Shown here: positions 15,296 through 28,690 of the stretch, in pieces
How positions within the stretch are numbered: position 1 is the first letter of the stretch
Layout of the letters: every line of letters starts with the position of its first letter
Source of the DNA: Ramazzottius varieornatus
Lineage: Eukaryota > Animalia > Tardigrada
Direction of reading: 5' to 3'
Length of the DNA: 64,000 bases
Assembly: GCA_001949185.1 (NCBI GenBank)
Contig: BDGG01000002.1
Location: 5,074,448 to 5,138,447, forward strand
The notes under the pieces: model-generated
What the model saw: the letters and a program-made list of their open reading frames with translations, nothing else
Told to the model about the DNA's origin: nothing
Databases searched by the model: none
Made by a program: the position numbers and the translations under genes

Positions 15296-16041
15296 AATTC
15301 TTTATACAGTACATTGTCTTCAGCTTACAGTACGCGTTCAGATATTAATGTTTGAAGGACTAAAGACATTCAGACTGGATAGCTCTTATCTTCTGAGCGG
15401 TATGGATGTACAGGTATCCTGCAAGAGACAGTCTCTTATTTTTTTTTCTTTTTCTTTGAATCTGGTTGGGATACAGGGCGAAGTCTTATCGGGGACGATG
15501 TGATATTCGTTAGTCATTGTACTAAAGTACTAAGTGTTTACTCTTGCATCGATCATCGACGTATCTCTGAGTTTTTCTTGTTTACTCATGAAAGTGTGTC
15601 CAGATATTCCAAAAGTATTTTTCCGTGCTCGTCATCAAACTGCGCTGAAGCGAACACGAACTATCTGGCATTAATCGATAGCCTCAAAGTTTCATATCAT
15701 GGATGCAGGTGATGATTTCAGAAGCTTGAACCGTTAAACGTTTAACAGTGAGCTGTTGAGATGGAAACTCGCATCGGCAGTGTTAAAACAAAAACAAAAA
15801 GATGGTGGAGTGAAAAGTAAAAAGCAGAATGTGAGATGCATCAGGCAATTCAGTTTAAAAAGACGGGCAAAGTCAGTACGCGTACCCAAGAAGATCAAAA
15901 TTAGTTTGGCAAATTGTGAAGAGAGAAAATACTGGCACTCGGAAAGTCTATGCACACGATAGCGTTGCTCATACACTACAGTTATGTGGGAAATAGAACC
16001 GAAAGATGATAAGTTACTGTCATGTCCTGCTGCTTCTGCGG

Positions 16042-17439
16042 TTAGGCGTCGTCCTCTGAAGAGTTACCACTATCCACATCATCGGTGGTCTTCTTGTTGA
16101 AGCCAGCTTCCTGCTCAGCAACCTCGGAATCTTGAGGCAGGATGTCCGCTTCCTCGATGTCATCATCCTCTTCGTCGTCATCGTCCAGCACGGGCTGGAC
16201 AGTTAAGGCATTCAGGAACGCCACAGTATGCTCGTCTCTTTCGCTGGCGTTCGCTTTGGTATCGCTGATAGAGACATCAAAGTGCTTCGCAACCTGTGTC
16301 AGGACCTTGTCGAGCTCCGTCTCAGCTGCCGACATTTCCTTGTCCTCCTAATAACGAAGCAGAATTTCATACGGGACAGAGATATGTAACTGCTATGGCA
16401 GACTGAATAGACAGAAGAAATACCGTAAAGATCGAACGGTTCATAGTTTGACGAATGTATGACATGCATATTGAACCAATGACAAAACATGCAGCATGCG
16501 AGAGCACAGATGAGGATATAACCGACTGCAACAGCTCAAGACCTGTTAGGGACTACAGTGCGATGAACAGCATTCATTTTGTCGCCAATACACTGCACCA
16601 GAACGAAGAAAACACTCGCTTACCCGGAAGGCGTTATCCGTAGTTGGTTGATAGGACTTCTGCAAGTTTCGCAAGACGTCTTCTTCCGTGTCTTCCATCT
16701 GCAACATCAACAAAAAAAACTTTCTAGCTTTATTCTCTGGGCTCGCTATATGCAATCGAGAAAAGTCTTACTGCGAGATTCAAGCCTTTTTCTCCGTTGT
16801 CATCCACATAGTCGTTGACGTCCACCGCACCTTGAGCTAGCGAGGTTTCCAACAAGGCACCCTTCTCCGCTTGCAAAGCGTCAGCATCTTCGCGCAAACG
16901 TTGAATGTCAGCGCTGAGTCGGGACACGGTGGGATACATTTCGTCAACCTCCGATTTCTAGAACAAAGACCACAGCGCACATATGTCAATGGTCAAATAC
17001 AATGCTTATAATACAACCGTAATGCATATATACAGTTACTCCACTGCAGAACGCAATGGTAACCCGTAAACTACTCACCACGACCCACAGACGATGGAGC
17101 ATGTATCCAGCACAGAGCAAAACCAAGATGAGAGCCAAGAATGCGCAGATGTCTGCCACGGTAAAGTAGCAGAAGCTTTTACCACGCTTATTCCAGCGAG
17201 AGTCGACGGTGGAAGAAGACAGCAGCTGGGCTTCTGCGTCATGGCTTCCGCTTTCCAGAGCGTCAACTTCCTTCACCGTAGTTGGCTAGAAAATATGAGA
17301 TCAAGGACTCTGAAGCAATGCAGGGTTGCAGACAGGCCGGAAAGAGCCAAACGATAACCAGAGATGGAAGAACGCTGTCCAAAATCGTACCACATACCTT
17401 CTTGCCCGTCCACGGATTGAAGACCGTAATGTTGACCAT
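16042..17439 (-). CDS. Uncharacterised single-pass type II membrane protein with coiled coil and acidic C-terminus
   Basis: Spliced frame MVNITVFNPWTGKK|PTTVKEVDALES..., TM ICAFLALILVLLCAGYML, coiled coil SRLSADIQRLREDADALQAEK, and a D/E-rich tail. GT-AG junctions are phase-compatible. Confidence 0.65.
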
Positions 17440-18052
17440 TGTGCACAAGATATCCCAAAGATTACGCGAACTGGATCTGGTTTAGAGCTACTAGTACAAG
17501 CCCAGAACACTGGATAGAGGAACGGAGTGCAGCAGTGAAAGGAGAAAAAATAATCTCAGAAAGATCCTAACTTAATCGCCAGTGTGTGAGGTCAAAAGGA
17601 CCACCCAGAAGACGAACACCTACGGGTAACGGTCACGCCCTTTCGACTTTGCCCTGGACGCACTCCGGTCTCGCTGGTCTACATAATATAACATGGCACG
17701 CAGAAGGCATCCTCGCCAAAGGGCCATTAATTCTTTCTTCCTTTAGATCCTTTTATTCCTTTGCAACTTGCACGCATCTCGATATGCGATCCAGCAAGCG
17801 TAACACGCTGCAGATCCCCATGTCGAACTATGCATCGGTGGAGGAACTTATACAGTAGCGCTATTCATCCGTAACCACAAGACCGACAAGGTACAAGAAT
17901 GACCAAGTGAGTTGCCATATCTCGAACTTGATGCTAGCAGTTGTGTCACGAACTCATCCGTGTCACTTTCAAGTGCCAATCTCTAGAGACCCTACGAAAC
18001 ACAAGGAAAATCTGCAGGAGGACCTGCCTAGTCCAAAATTTTTAAAATTAAA

Positions 18053-19747
18053 ATGACTATGGCTGTAATGAAATTATCTCGCTTTGGTTTGACCGTAGAA
18101 GGACTGTTCCTTATAATTTTATCACAGGAAACAAGGAGCCGATCTTCCGCTGTGTCACCGGAGCTTCATGATGCAGAAGATCCATCTCCACATATGCAGG
18201 AAGCTGCTCGGAGCGACTATTCCTCGCCGTACTATGGAGGACCGTCGGGGAACCAGTTACTTCCGGTCGAGTTTGGGGTTCTCCAACTGCCGTATGTTAC
18301 CCCGAGACCTGATGTCTCGACGTCAACTCGAGGGCCGTTGACGACCACGACTCCGCCGTCTCCTACTGCATGTCGGGCGTCGACGTACCGGACAAACCTC
18401 AACTGTCCATGCAAAATGGTGGACCAGCGGTGTGCTCCAAGGTTTTCCGTTTGCGCTCCGACGGTGAATGGGGAGGGGACCTGCCTGTGTAGAAGCGGTT
18501 ACATCGCTTTGAATAACACTTGTGTGACTACGGACTTTTACGATCGTGCGTGAAACTTCCGAATCAAAACATCCGAGTTTGACGTTTACTCTTTCAGGTC
18601 CAGAGTTTCAAAAGCGCATTTTGTCTTGCAGAAAACGTGAATACAACCCTGGTGCTGTTATCGCCGGTGATCATCAGCTCTTGCTTCTTGCCGACCAACG
18701 CAGTGATTGGAAATATAGCAGTAAGCGCCAAGTTCACATCTAGGTGTTCTTCATTCGGCTATTGGGCCACCTTGAGAACATTTTTGGTTACAGCAATCTG
18801 GAGCCAACGGTACCGTGACGTACACGCTGACGCTGACAAATTCACTTCCGGTGAACGTTACAACCAGTTATGTCGCCGTGGAGTCTCCGAGTGGGAACCT
18901 GCTGGTCGTGACGGCTCCTCCGGTGTCCGTCGTCACGAACCAGACTTACAATGTCACCGCTACGGATGCTTCTGGGATAGTCAGCAACGTAATAACATTC
19001 TTGGTGAGTAGATCGTGAACTGGACGTCGTACTGAAATTCCCGTCGACGGACCAGTGCCCACTAGAGTTACTGATTGGCTGTTCTCGATCCACGGGAAGT
19101 GAATCTCTCTGTTATAGGTGACATTCAATTGTACACGTAAGTTCACAATGAGCAGATATTCACATGACATAATTTACGGTACGTACAGTATCTAGTGATG
19201 AAATTATTGTACCATAGCTCCAAAATTATCGTTCGACCTGGGCAACAGCTTTATTATCGACTGCACGAGACTTAGCGTCGGGGACGTAGTTGTGACTGCG
19301 TTGGTAAGGACAGGAAACGTTCAGATGAAACCGCGCTGAAAACTTCCTCATTCCCTTTTAACAATTTCGAGTGGTTCTTGCTGATGGGTTGGGTCGTCAT
19401 CCGCCGTTTTTTATTTTAGGCGGTGGATTCGGTATCGCCGACAACCTTCTCGATGACGCTGATATCGTCTACTTCCTCGTTGACAAACAACTACTACTCT
19501 ATTGATCCGAACACCGGCCAGATATTTCTGCAGAATGAACCCCATGGAGGAATCTTTGCAGAGGTCTATGGTGTAGTGGCGACCAATGGAGTCGGGCAGA
19601 CAAGTACGCCCTTGAACCTCACGGTAACCTTCCCCTATTAATCAACAATACCAAGTTGGAAAAATTTCGCCATGGCAGACTGAATCGATAATCTCAAACC
19701 CTATGTATTTTTTCTAGCTGACGACTTCGGCGACATGTACACCGTGA
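18053..19747 (+). CDS. Secreted protein: Cys-rich EB/EGF-like module plus two cadherin-like beta-sandwich domains (paralogue A)
   Basis: Hydrophobic N-terminus, Thr/Pro linker, CRASTYRTNLNCPCKMVDQRCAPRFSVCAPTVNGEGTCLCRSGYIALNNTCV, and cadherin-like YSIDPNTGQIFL...YGVVATNG. No TM segment. Confidence 0.7.
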
Positions 19748-19998
19748 AAGGCCGCCTTTTTTTGTTTATGACTTCTCCAGTCCTTATACGGACGTTGAAC
19801 TGCGATTTAATAACAGACTGTTTTTTCACTTTGAATCTACCGATCACTGGTCGGACTTTGCTTTGCTAGTAAAAATCAGCCGCTTCCGAAAACATTGGTA
19901 CACATGCAGACGCGGATGTTTTCGAGATGATCCCCCGGTACTCAGACGTACCAATACTTAGCTAGCCGTCGGGTAGCAGTCACGAGTCACGACCGGAA

Positions 19999-21464
19999 AT
20001 GATCTCGGTCCTCGCACCAAATAATGTGTCCAAAATTTTGTTTGCCGTTGTGGGAGCAGCATTTTTCTTCGGAGATATTAACGTCCAAGCTAGTGTTATC
20101 GCGTACCCAGATGGCGCAAGTAGCCTGGACTCTTACAAGGGTCTCTGGATGGGATACCAATTTGGAGTTATTCAGCTGCCGACAACAACGTCTGGCTCAG
20201 CCCCGCGGCCCAGGATACCCGACGAATGGGCAGACGCAGTGCCCGATGGGAGAAATCCTTGTCGATCAGCAACCCAGGAAACCTTCCTGGATTGTCCGTG
20301 TTCCCTGATAGGTAAGACGGCGGTTGTGCGGTCGACATCGAACACGGAGAAAGCATGTGCATACACGGTCGCTGTTTTCAGGCACGCCGTGCCGGTCGAG
20401 GAACTCCACCTGCACAAAGGACCCTAATGGAGATGGATTTTGCTCCTGTAACACTGGCTATTTTCCGCTAGAAGGCCGCTGCGTTAACCGAACCCAACTT
20501 GTACGTAAGTAATTAGTCTCAAGTTCGCTCAGCTTTCAGTTTAGAATACTCATCTGTACTTGTTGCAGAAACAACAAACCCTCTGGTCCTAACATCACCT
20601 GGACTGGTTGCATCGTGTTTCTTGCCGGTTAACGGAGTGATTGGAAATATTCCCGTAAGAGAGCACAAATCTGAGATAAATTTCATGCTGAAGATACTGC
20701 TGATTATACTTTTCTCCGGCAGCACTTGGGAGGAAAATCACCGCTGGACTACGCGCTAACGTTGCTGGTTTCGAATCCGCTGGGACTCACGAGAAGTTTC
20801 GTGGGAATTGACAACAACAACGGAAATATTCTTTCAAAAAGTATAGCGCCAGCCACATTGCAATCGCAAACCTATCAAGTGCTCGTAAAGTCACGGGCAA
20901 ACCCGTTAGAGAAACCCGTGGCTCTTATCTTCCGGGTAAACAAAAATCCACTGAGATCGAAAGAACCGACGTTTGGTGTGAAAGAACATTGGGTTTTCGG
21001 TAGGTGGCGTACAACTGTACTCCTCCTGTCTGCTCTGTAGACATCGGTAGTCCCGTCTACGTCGAATGCCAACTGCAGAAAGTGGGAAGCACCATTGCCA
21101 CCGTCATCGTACGCTGAAGAACCAGTTGAAGCTTTAGAACCTACAGACTGTCAAAAGCAGCGTACTTTCAGGCTTCCGGAAGTGTGGGTCCCACACGATA
21201 CTCAATGACACTGGTGTCCTCTACTTCAACACTCTTAAAAGAATATTACAGGGTGGATCCCTTCACCGGTTTCGTGGAAATTCAGAAACAGCCCAAAGGA
21301 GGTATATTCACTGAAGTGTACAACGTTACCGCTACCAATGGAGCAGGTCAAAAGTGCTCGGTGCTTCAGCTGAAGGTACCCGGTTAGTGGTCTCACGAAA
21401 GGTGTTTCCTGCGATCTCACTTTATTTTTTTTCACAGATTACAGCATCGTCCGACTGCACTTGA
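19999..21464 (+). CDS. Secreted protein: Cys-rich EB/EGF-like module plus two cadherin-like domains (paralogue B)
   Basis: Signal peptide, CRSATQETFLDCPCSLIG..CRSRNSTCTKDPNGDGFCSCNTGYFPLEGRCV, and YRVDPFTGFVEI...YNVTATNG. Exon-by-exon similarity to paralogue A. Confidence 0.7.
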
Positions 21465-21521
21465 ACATGGATAATGTGAGTCAGTTCCCGATCACGAAAC
21501 AATGATGGAAGGTTTTGTAAA

Positions 21522-23149
21522 TTACTCGAACTGGAACTGCAGTCCTTTCAAATCAGCTCGCTGCAAATTTTTCGCTATCCATTCGTCTACGTTATCGTTC
21601 ATTTCTCTAGAAAAGTGAAGTTTCCAGTTTCCCGCGCTTCCTGTAGCGTAACAAAAACACAAAGCTGTTCAATTGCATAATTATATATACTGTTAAGAGC
21701 AAAGATAAAAGCTCTCCGAGATCTCACATTACCTGAGCGTAAGAACGGTGACACTTCGAAATTCAAAAGGCCTGCTCGGGCAGCGTTGATGCGATTAGTT
21801 CTTTCATTCTCCTTCATCTGATCTACAAATTATAGAAATAGTCTGCATATGAGGCTCCTCGGAAGAGGTCGTATAAACGTTGTCGGGAGTATACTCGCAC
21901 GGTCGTACCGAAAGAGGTGTGGTACGCCATCAGTTTCAGCTGCTCGTCCGTCAGGTCCTTGCCCAAGAACTTCGCCAGGCGTCTTACAACGTTATTGAAA
22001 TCCTGAAAGCACAGAATATATCTTTTTATATTTTGAAAAACTCCGCGAACTTCATTCACCGTGTCAAGGCCGCATCAGAACGAACCTTGGCTAGCTCTTC
22101 AAATGAAAGATGGAAAACGTTTGGGTCTTCGTGATGTTTCCAGTAGCTGGCCAAATGGTCGAAATAAGGACCTGGAATCACAGTCACTTCGTTATTGGGT
22201 GCCCCGTTATGGGCCAATTTTGTTCACATCAACTCACCGTAGCAAACTTCGTCATTGATGAACGCCTTTATCACAGCTTCCAGGTTCCCGGAGAATCTCG
22301 ATTGTCGTCGAGATTTAAGATGAAAGAAGGTGGAGACCATAACATCCTTCGGGTTACGGATATGCGAGATAATCTGAAAAAGAGAATACGGTACGTAGAG
22401 TATAGTGTAACTGGATGAAATAACAGTTGACATACTCTAGTCTTGCTTTGAGGGATGCTTGGAGGCAATGCTTCATATGACAAATGTGTAAAAAATGCGC
22501 GACCCGGAGGCAATTGAGTCAGCTGATCTATAGCACGGTATCCAGCATAGTTCGCTGGCGTGCAGTACTCCAGGTAAGGAACCTTCTCCTCCAGGACTCC
22601 TCCTTGCTGCAGACAAGCGGGATCCGCGTCCGAACGGATCATATGGACGATGGCAGAGAGCCAGACGGAACCTGTAGCGAAGAACAGCTGGAACCACAGT
22701 TTGAATCATGAATTTTCTCCACACATCGTATTCTCATAGTACCTGACTTCGGGAAACCGCATATGGCGATATCTGTGGACGATGCCTGAAAGCGCTCAAG
22801 GTCCGGTATCGTCAGGAAGAACGGATAGTTTACGTTGCAACCGTGATAGTTCTTTCTGCAACCAAACCAGTTAGTTTCTTCCCAGATTCTGATCACGCAC
22901 TAAGTGAGACACCACATATCCGGCGTGCTTCACAAAAAAATGCTATCTATTTCATTTGGGCGATTGAAAGTAGGCTTACAGTACATCCGTCACATGACAT
23001 CCTCCTGGTATCCCGTGCACAGCATCAGGGTCCCTGTCATCATTCTTTTCTTCCGTGTCGTCTTCGGCACCGGGTAAACCAAAAAACTGTTTCCGGATTT
23101 GCCATCTAGGATTCTGAGGCAATCCACAACTTCCTTCCTGGTTCTCCAT
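21522..23149 (-). CDS. Cytosolic (SULT1/SULT4-type) sulfotransferase
   Basis: 5'-PSB DIAICGFPKSG, KVPYLEY, FTHL (catalytic His), 3'-PB IRNPKDVMVSTF, HTSFDQMK, and C-terminal FLRSGSAGNWKLHF. Confidence 0.9.
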
Positions 23150-23452
23150 GGCGTGCGGTTCGAAGTACCTAGATAGAAAACTAACAATGATTTACCGAAA
23201 AAGAAACTGATTCGCAAAAATGGAACAATTTCTACAGCAAGTGCACTCAGCCGAAGTGCCGAATAATGGACCAGTTCAGCTTAAGCTCACCATGCAGTGC
23301 CCAAGGTTGTCCGGAACCGGTTTCTCTGTTCTTCTACGGCCCTATTACATAGGTTCTTAATTCAACGAAAACGCATTAGGATGTTGGAATTCACTTCGCA
23401 GAGTTTTGACTGATTGAAATGACCAATAGCTTACACTCAAAATAGAAAAGAT

Positions 23453-25981
23453 TTAGAATACGTAATCTTGTGAAAGCGCATTCTCCTTGAACGTCTCATC
23501 AAAACGCATAACAAGATCATCACAGAGTTCTTCCGGCAGAAAAGCCGGGCTACCTCGCAGTTTCATATTGCGCTGCTGGAAGAAGCGAAAGACCGAGTAA
23601 AACAGAGTATCATCTTCGGACAACAATGCCGGCTCCAGAAACTTTCTAGGTGGCAGCTGAGCCTCCGTCACCGAGTACGACTGCAACAGACGAATGGCCG
23701 GAAGTATTTCAAATCTGGCCAGCAAAACTTCCACCCTCTCCTCCAACGAGTTACCAGTTCTCTGCAGCAGGCAATGCTATATCGAAAACTACGTTACCGT
23801 CAACGAGAATGAAATTTCTCCTACCTTCAACATGTCCAGTGCCATCTGGAAAGATGGCGGGAAGACCCCTTCTAACGACAGCAACAGACAAGCGAAGGGC
23901 TTCGAGTCCGCAAAAACGTGGTTATTCACCAGCATGTGTAGTACATGGTACATCTTGAACTGCACCAACGAGTTGACTATCAGTTCGTTAATATAGTATT
24001 GGGGGTCGAGCCGGAATGAAATGAGGGACTTGAGGTACTCGATCAAGACTCCGACGATGTAGCGCGGGTCGAGATTCGCGGCGTTCGTCATGGGCAAGAG
24101 CAAGTGGCGGTACACTTCGCTCTGGTCAAGGTACACTGTCGGCTGGACCTTCTCGTCCCCCAGTCTGGTCACTATGCTCTTCAGCTTGTCGTTCAACAAG
24201 TCGAAGATACGAACGACGGAGGCGTAGTCCTGTAATGTCACGAGATGAGCTGCTACGTGATGGACTAAGGCCGCTTTGGCTTCGGCACTCCGCCAAAGCA
24301 AGAACTCCACTCTTTGGACCATGTCCGGAATGTGTTGAGCTAGGATATCTATCTTGATCTCCAGCGCCCATAGGAAACCCAGCTTAGCATCGGCGATGAC
24401 GTTAGGAAGAAAGACCGCCCAGCTCGACGAGTACATCTCGTATGCAAACGATTCTCCCCCGACTGAAAACAAACATGTGGGTAGATACTGCATCTCAAAA
24501 CCATCCTGATCGGTAACCGAAACTACAATTTGATCTTCTGGTATTTTGGGTACGTACCGCTGATTTCATACGGTTCGATGGAGCAAGAAGCGACCGGAAA
24601 ATGAAGGCGAACCGCGTCGTTCCTTTTGTTGAGTTTTAGGTCGAAGATCTTCGACATCTTTGACTGCTGGTGGTGAACGACTATCTGCAAAGTTCGAGTA
24701 TTTTTCGAGCAGACGTTCCAGCACACGGACAGACTGACAAAAGATAGCAGCGAAATTTTACCAGTTTGTCGATTAAATGGACAGCGAACCGTCCATTGCA
24801 TTCCAGCAGAAGGACATCTGTAATACGGATCAGACCGTCTCGACCAATGTGGTATAGGACAACTTCAGCACCAGTGTTTAGCTTGGAAACCTGCTTGATG
24901 ATCAGCAGGTACATTTCGCCGTAAATCTGTGCCATTGCTGCGTCTCTTTCTAGGAGCTTCGCTGCTTGCGTCTACAAGAAAGAAATCCAGTTTCAATTAA
25001 ATTTCGTTTGGTATTTGTCTGCCATTGAGGGATTATTCATACGGGGTTGTTTGGCATGGGTCCTGTGTCCACATCAAACTTGACGAAGCGCTGGTACTGT
25101 CCTCCAGCTTTGAGGAGGAACAAGTTGAATACGTGGTTCAACGGACCTCCAGCCACCAAAAGATACGGCGCCGTGTGGACAAACCAGCTGACGGGCAGAC
25201 TGTAGGTCTTCAGGAGCTTCAGCAACTTCTTCTCCGGTCGAACCTGGTAGCTCTCCAGGCCATGTGTATCGGTCACCAGAACGATCTCAGATGGGTAGCC
25301 GCTGTCGACCCAGCAGAACCCAATTATCTTGGCAGAGCGAGCTCGACATGTTTGGGAGTACTCGACCAAGTCGACCACGCTACGATCCCGCACGAAGTTG
25401 ACAAACTCAACAGAAGTGTTGGATCGTTGGATGGCTAGGATGTTTAGACCTGGGGACAGCTTCATTGACAGTATGGGACCCTTATCGTCAATCATAAAGT
25501 CCCACGAGTGACCAGGAAGAAAACTGCGGACACTGACAGCACCCGCATAGCTGATGGATGGTTGATTGGGCAGCGTAAGTTGATTGAAGGAGCGGGAACC
25601 ACTGGACAGTGGCGCAGCCTGCAGGTTGATAGTAGAGGAGGAGCTCAGACGGGAAGGGCTGGGGCTAACTTGGGAACCAATCCTAATTGACGATCGACTG
25701 GCAGTCAGCGGGCTGACTGGTGAAGCGAGGCGGAGCAAGCTACCACGGCCTTCTAACGAAACGACGCTACGAGAACATTCCGCTTCGCTACTGGTGGATA
25801 CGGAGCGGACGCGAATCAAATCGTTGATTGGAATGTTGGCTACCGATGCTTTTTCTCGCACAACAAAAACTTGGCTTTGTGCATCGTCGTAAAATATGGA
25901 TGTATCTTTTCCAAGGGGTGAAAAACTGACTGGCTTGGGATGTAGCCGTAAGAAACTTGAAGCGCTGTCAGATAAAGCCAT
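23453..25981 (-). CDS. RMC1: Regulator of MON1-CCZ1 complex (C18orf8/Mic1)
   Basis: IFYDDAQSQVFVVR, MIDDKGPILSMKLSPGLNILAIQRSNTSVEF, EYSQTCR, IVVHHQQSKMSKIFD, DSKPFACLLLSLE..FQMALDMLK, RKFLEPA..DDTLFYSVFRFFQQRN. Confidence 0.92.
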
Positions 25982-26558
25982 GTTTCGGTGATCAGGACTC
26001 TGGAGGGCTGCGAAAACAAATAACCGTTACCTCTTCATCCCCCTGCAGATAATGGAGGCGTACCACCGAACACTAGCTATCGAGCACCTGCTGGAAATCG
26101 TTCGATGAGCTCCTGAATATTCAGGCTTGAAGCAAAGATGCTCGAAAGACTTGGAAGAAAGCCAAGAAACTCTAGTGAACTGATTTAAATCAAATGTTTT
26201 CACAGCAGACTGAGCAGAACCCACAGAATCATCATAATCCTCGGGTCTTCCTGACGTCAAAAGTGTCGTCATCGCTTTGTGAAAATGATTACTTGATTCG
26301 AGATCGAGAGTTGATTGAATGGCCGACCGGAAACGTTTCCTTCAAGTTCGAGCATCGTTAATTCGTAATCGCATCAGTTGATAGTTCCGGGATCACTCCC
26401 ACGGGTACCGTGATTTATCCAGTTCTTTGTTGCAGGAAACCTTGAGACACGTATTGGGACCGACTCCGCTGGCAGAGGCTATAGGGTGTAGGCTGCGCGC
26501 TGCAGGCCCAGGCGGCCACATTAAGATCAGACCGATCGCTGTCACCATCAGGTCCATC

Positions 26559-28482
26559 ATGCGTCCAGGGCCTTTGTTCCGGAGAGTCGTGAATCGCTCA
26601 TGTCCGACCGTCATCTCCAACAGGACTTTCCAGTCTAGCAGCTTACGCAGCGGCAACCAGCGAACAACCGTCACCCCATACTATGATGGGAATGACTTTG
26701 TTCGAGACCGATCGCAGCTGATTCCTCGTTCTCTATATCACCAGCCGGAACACTGGACAGATGAACCGGAATATCCTGAGATTGTACCACCACGCAAAAC
26801 AAGAGCCTTTGTAAACTACGAGCGGCACAAAGAGGCCGAAAAAGTAGCCGCTATGCCGACCGTAAAGGAGAAGATGGCACACTTTGCATTCGGTCCACCC
26901 CTCGTCAATCCCTTGAAGGTCTATATCGCACGGCAAGCCAAACTGGACATTCGTCGATGGTACCAAATCTTTCAGCCATATGAGATTGAGGGCTTCCCTG
27001 TCAAGTACGACGCATTACCCTTCTACAAGCACATTACTCGAACTGCCGTCGTTGCTGACCAGTTACCCGCGGACTATTATGCTTATATTGAGGAGGCAGA
27101 GCTAAACGACATCGTCGACAAAGTGCGACAGACTGTTATCAACGCTATCCTGGCGGAAGGAAGGTAAAGACTTGTGAAGTTCGCAGCATCGTTTCGTACT
27201 TTGAGTTTACAGTCAGTTCCAATGAATGTTTCCTCTTACGCAGATATTACTCAAAGAACCTCGATCAGATTCCTGTAGAGGAGAGAGTGGTTGTGGTTCA
27301 AGCTCAAAATGTGATCGACGCGCTAGTCCGAGCGGTTAATCTGGCTGTCGGAAAAGACTTCCCGCATCTGCGTGAGATGCAACAAGACACGGACACACGA
27401 TGTGCTGCTTTTTGGAAACGCGGTGGATTTCTCCATGATGCACAGTTGAAAAGGAGGATTTACGATAAAGCAAGTGGCGAACTGATGCTACAATACATCG
27501 AGGAGGATAACATCTTCCGAAACTTCCGGCATGAGCTGCCTTTACCTGAGGTGGCGAAGAAACATAAACATAAACATACATGACACACATAAAACTTTCT
27601 TTCTTTTCAAATAGGTTCTCCCACGAGAGTCTTGCGTGCCGTCCGCCGCTACAGAACAAGCGGAAGGCAGACAGGTCGGATACAATCCAACGATATACGG
27701 ATTCCGTCCTGAGAAGTCGATACCCCATTGGATACCAGGTAAGCGACATCGAAAGTGGAACTCAAGTTATTCTACAGTATCAAGTGCTCTAGATTTAGCG
27801 TTCGGTTTCCGGCTCAGTTTTCATGAAAATTTCTTTCTGCAGGACACTGGTTTGGAGATCCATGTGAATTCAGTACGCTTAGCCTGGATGTCCCTAAGGC
27901 TTGGACAAGACAGTTAAGCGGTCAAGATGAAGCACAAGCATTCGAAAGCCTGGCTTGTAATGCCATCATGGCCAGTTTCGGACGTATCGTCGCTCAAGCC
28001 ATGTACTTAGGTATGCCAGCTATAGCTAGAAATGCCGAAGCGATTCTGGAATGCGTTAGAATGGCTGTATCTGTTGTTCAGGTTTCACTTTCCTGAACGA
28101 ACTTTCCTATCCGATCGTCACGCAGTCGATCATGACGAACGGACGAGACTGGATGTTCGCTACATACCAGGCCAACACCATAGCCTTGTGGAAGCCGGAT
28201 GAGGAGAACCCTTTCAACAATATGTGTTGGTTAACTCAACCGGTGAAGTTATTCGATCGTGTCGAGGGTAGTGAAGTGATCGGGTTTAATGATGAAGTCC
28301 TGAGACTGTTCATCAAGCAGTACCTGAAAGCTCCAGTTACAAGTACTAATTCAAACTTGAGACCGTACATCGAAAAGACTGAGAGATCTTACTGGAAGAA
28401 CGAGCATTCCCAGACACCTTTCTACCACAGACCAACTCGCAGGGATGGCAAACCAAGGCAACCTTTCAAGCCGGAAATTTGA
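26559..28482 (+). CDS. MRPS30: Mitochondrial ribosomal protein mL65 / MRPS30 (PDCD9 family)
   Basis: Mitochondrial presequence, EPEYPEI, ALPFYKHITRT, IPGHWFGDPCEF, YPIVTQSIMTNGRDWMFATYQANT, NMCW, FNDEVLRLFIKQYL. Confidence 0.85.
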
Positions 28483-28690
28483 GTTTCTTCTTTTACTGTA
28501 TAAATTCTTCGGTGTTTAGCATATTATCCAGAATATTTTCCTAAAAGCTGATGATGTAATAAGGTCGAATAAACTCTTCGGAGTGAAATGGGAAAGTCTT
28601 CTGAAAGGTTGTGCAGTGAGCTACGGTGTGAACAAAGTGAGGTAACTTATTGGTTTAACAAGAGATTCATGAGATTTGGACGGAAGTTAA

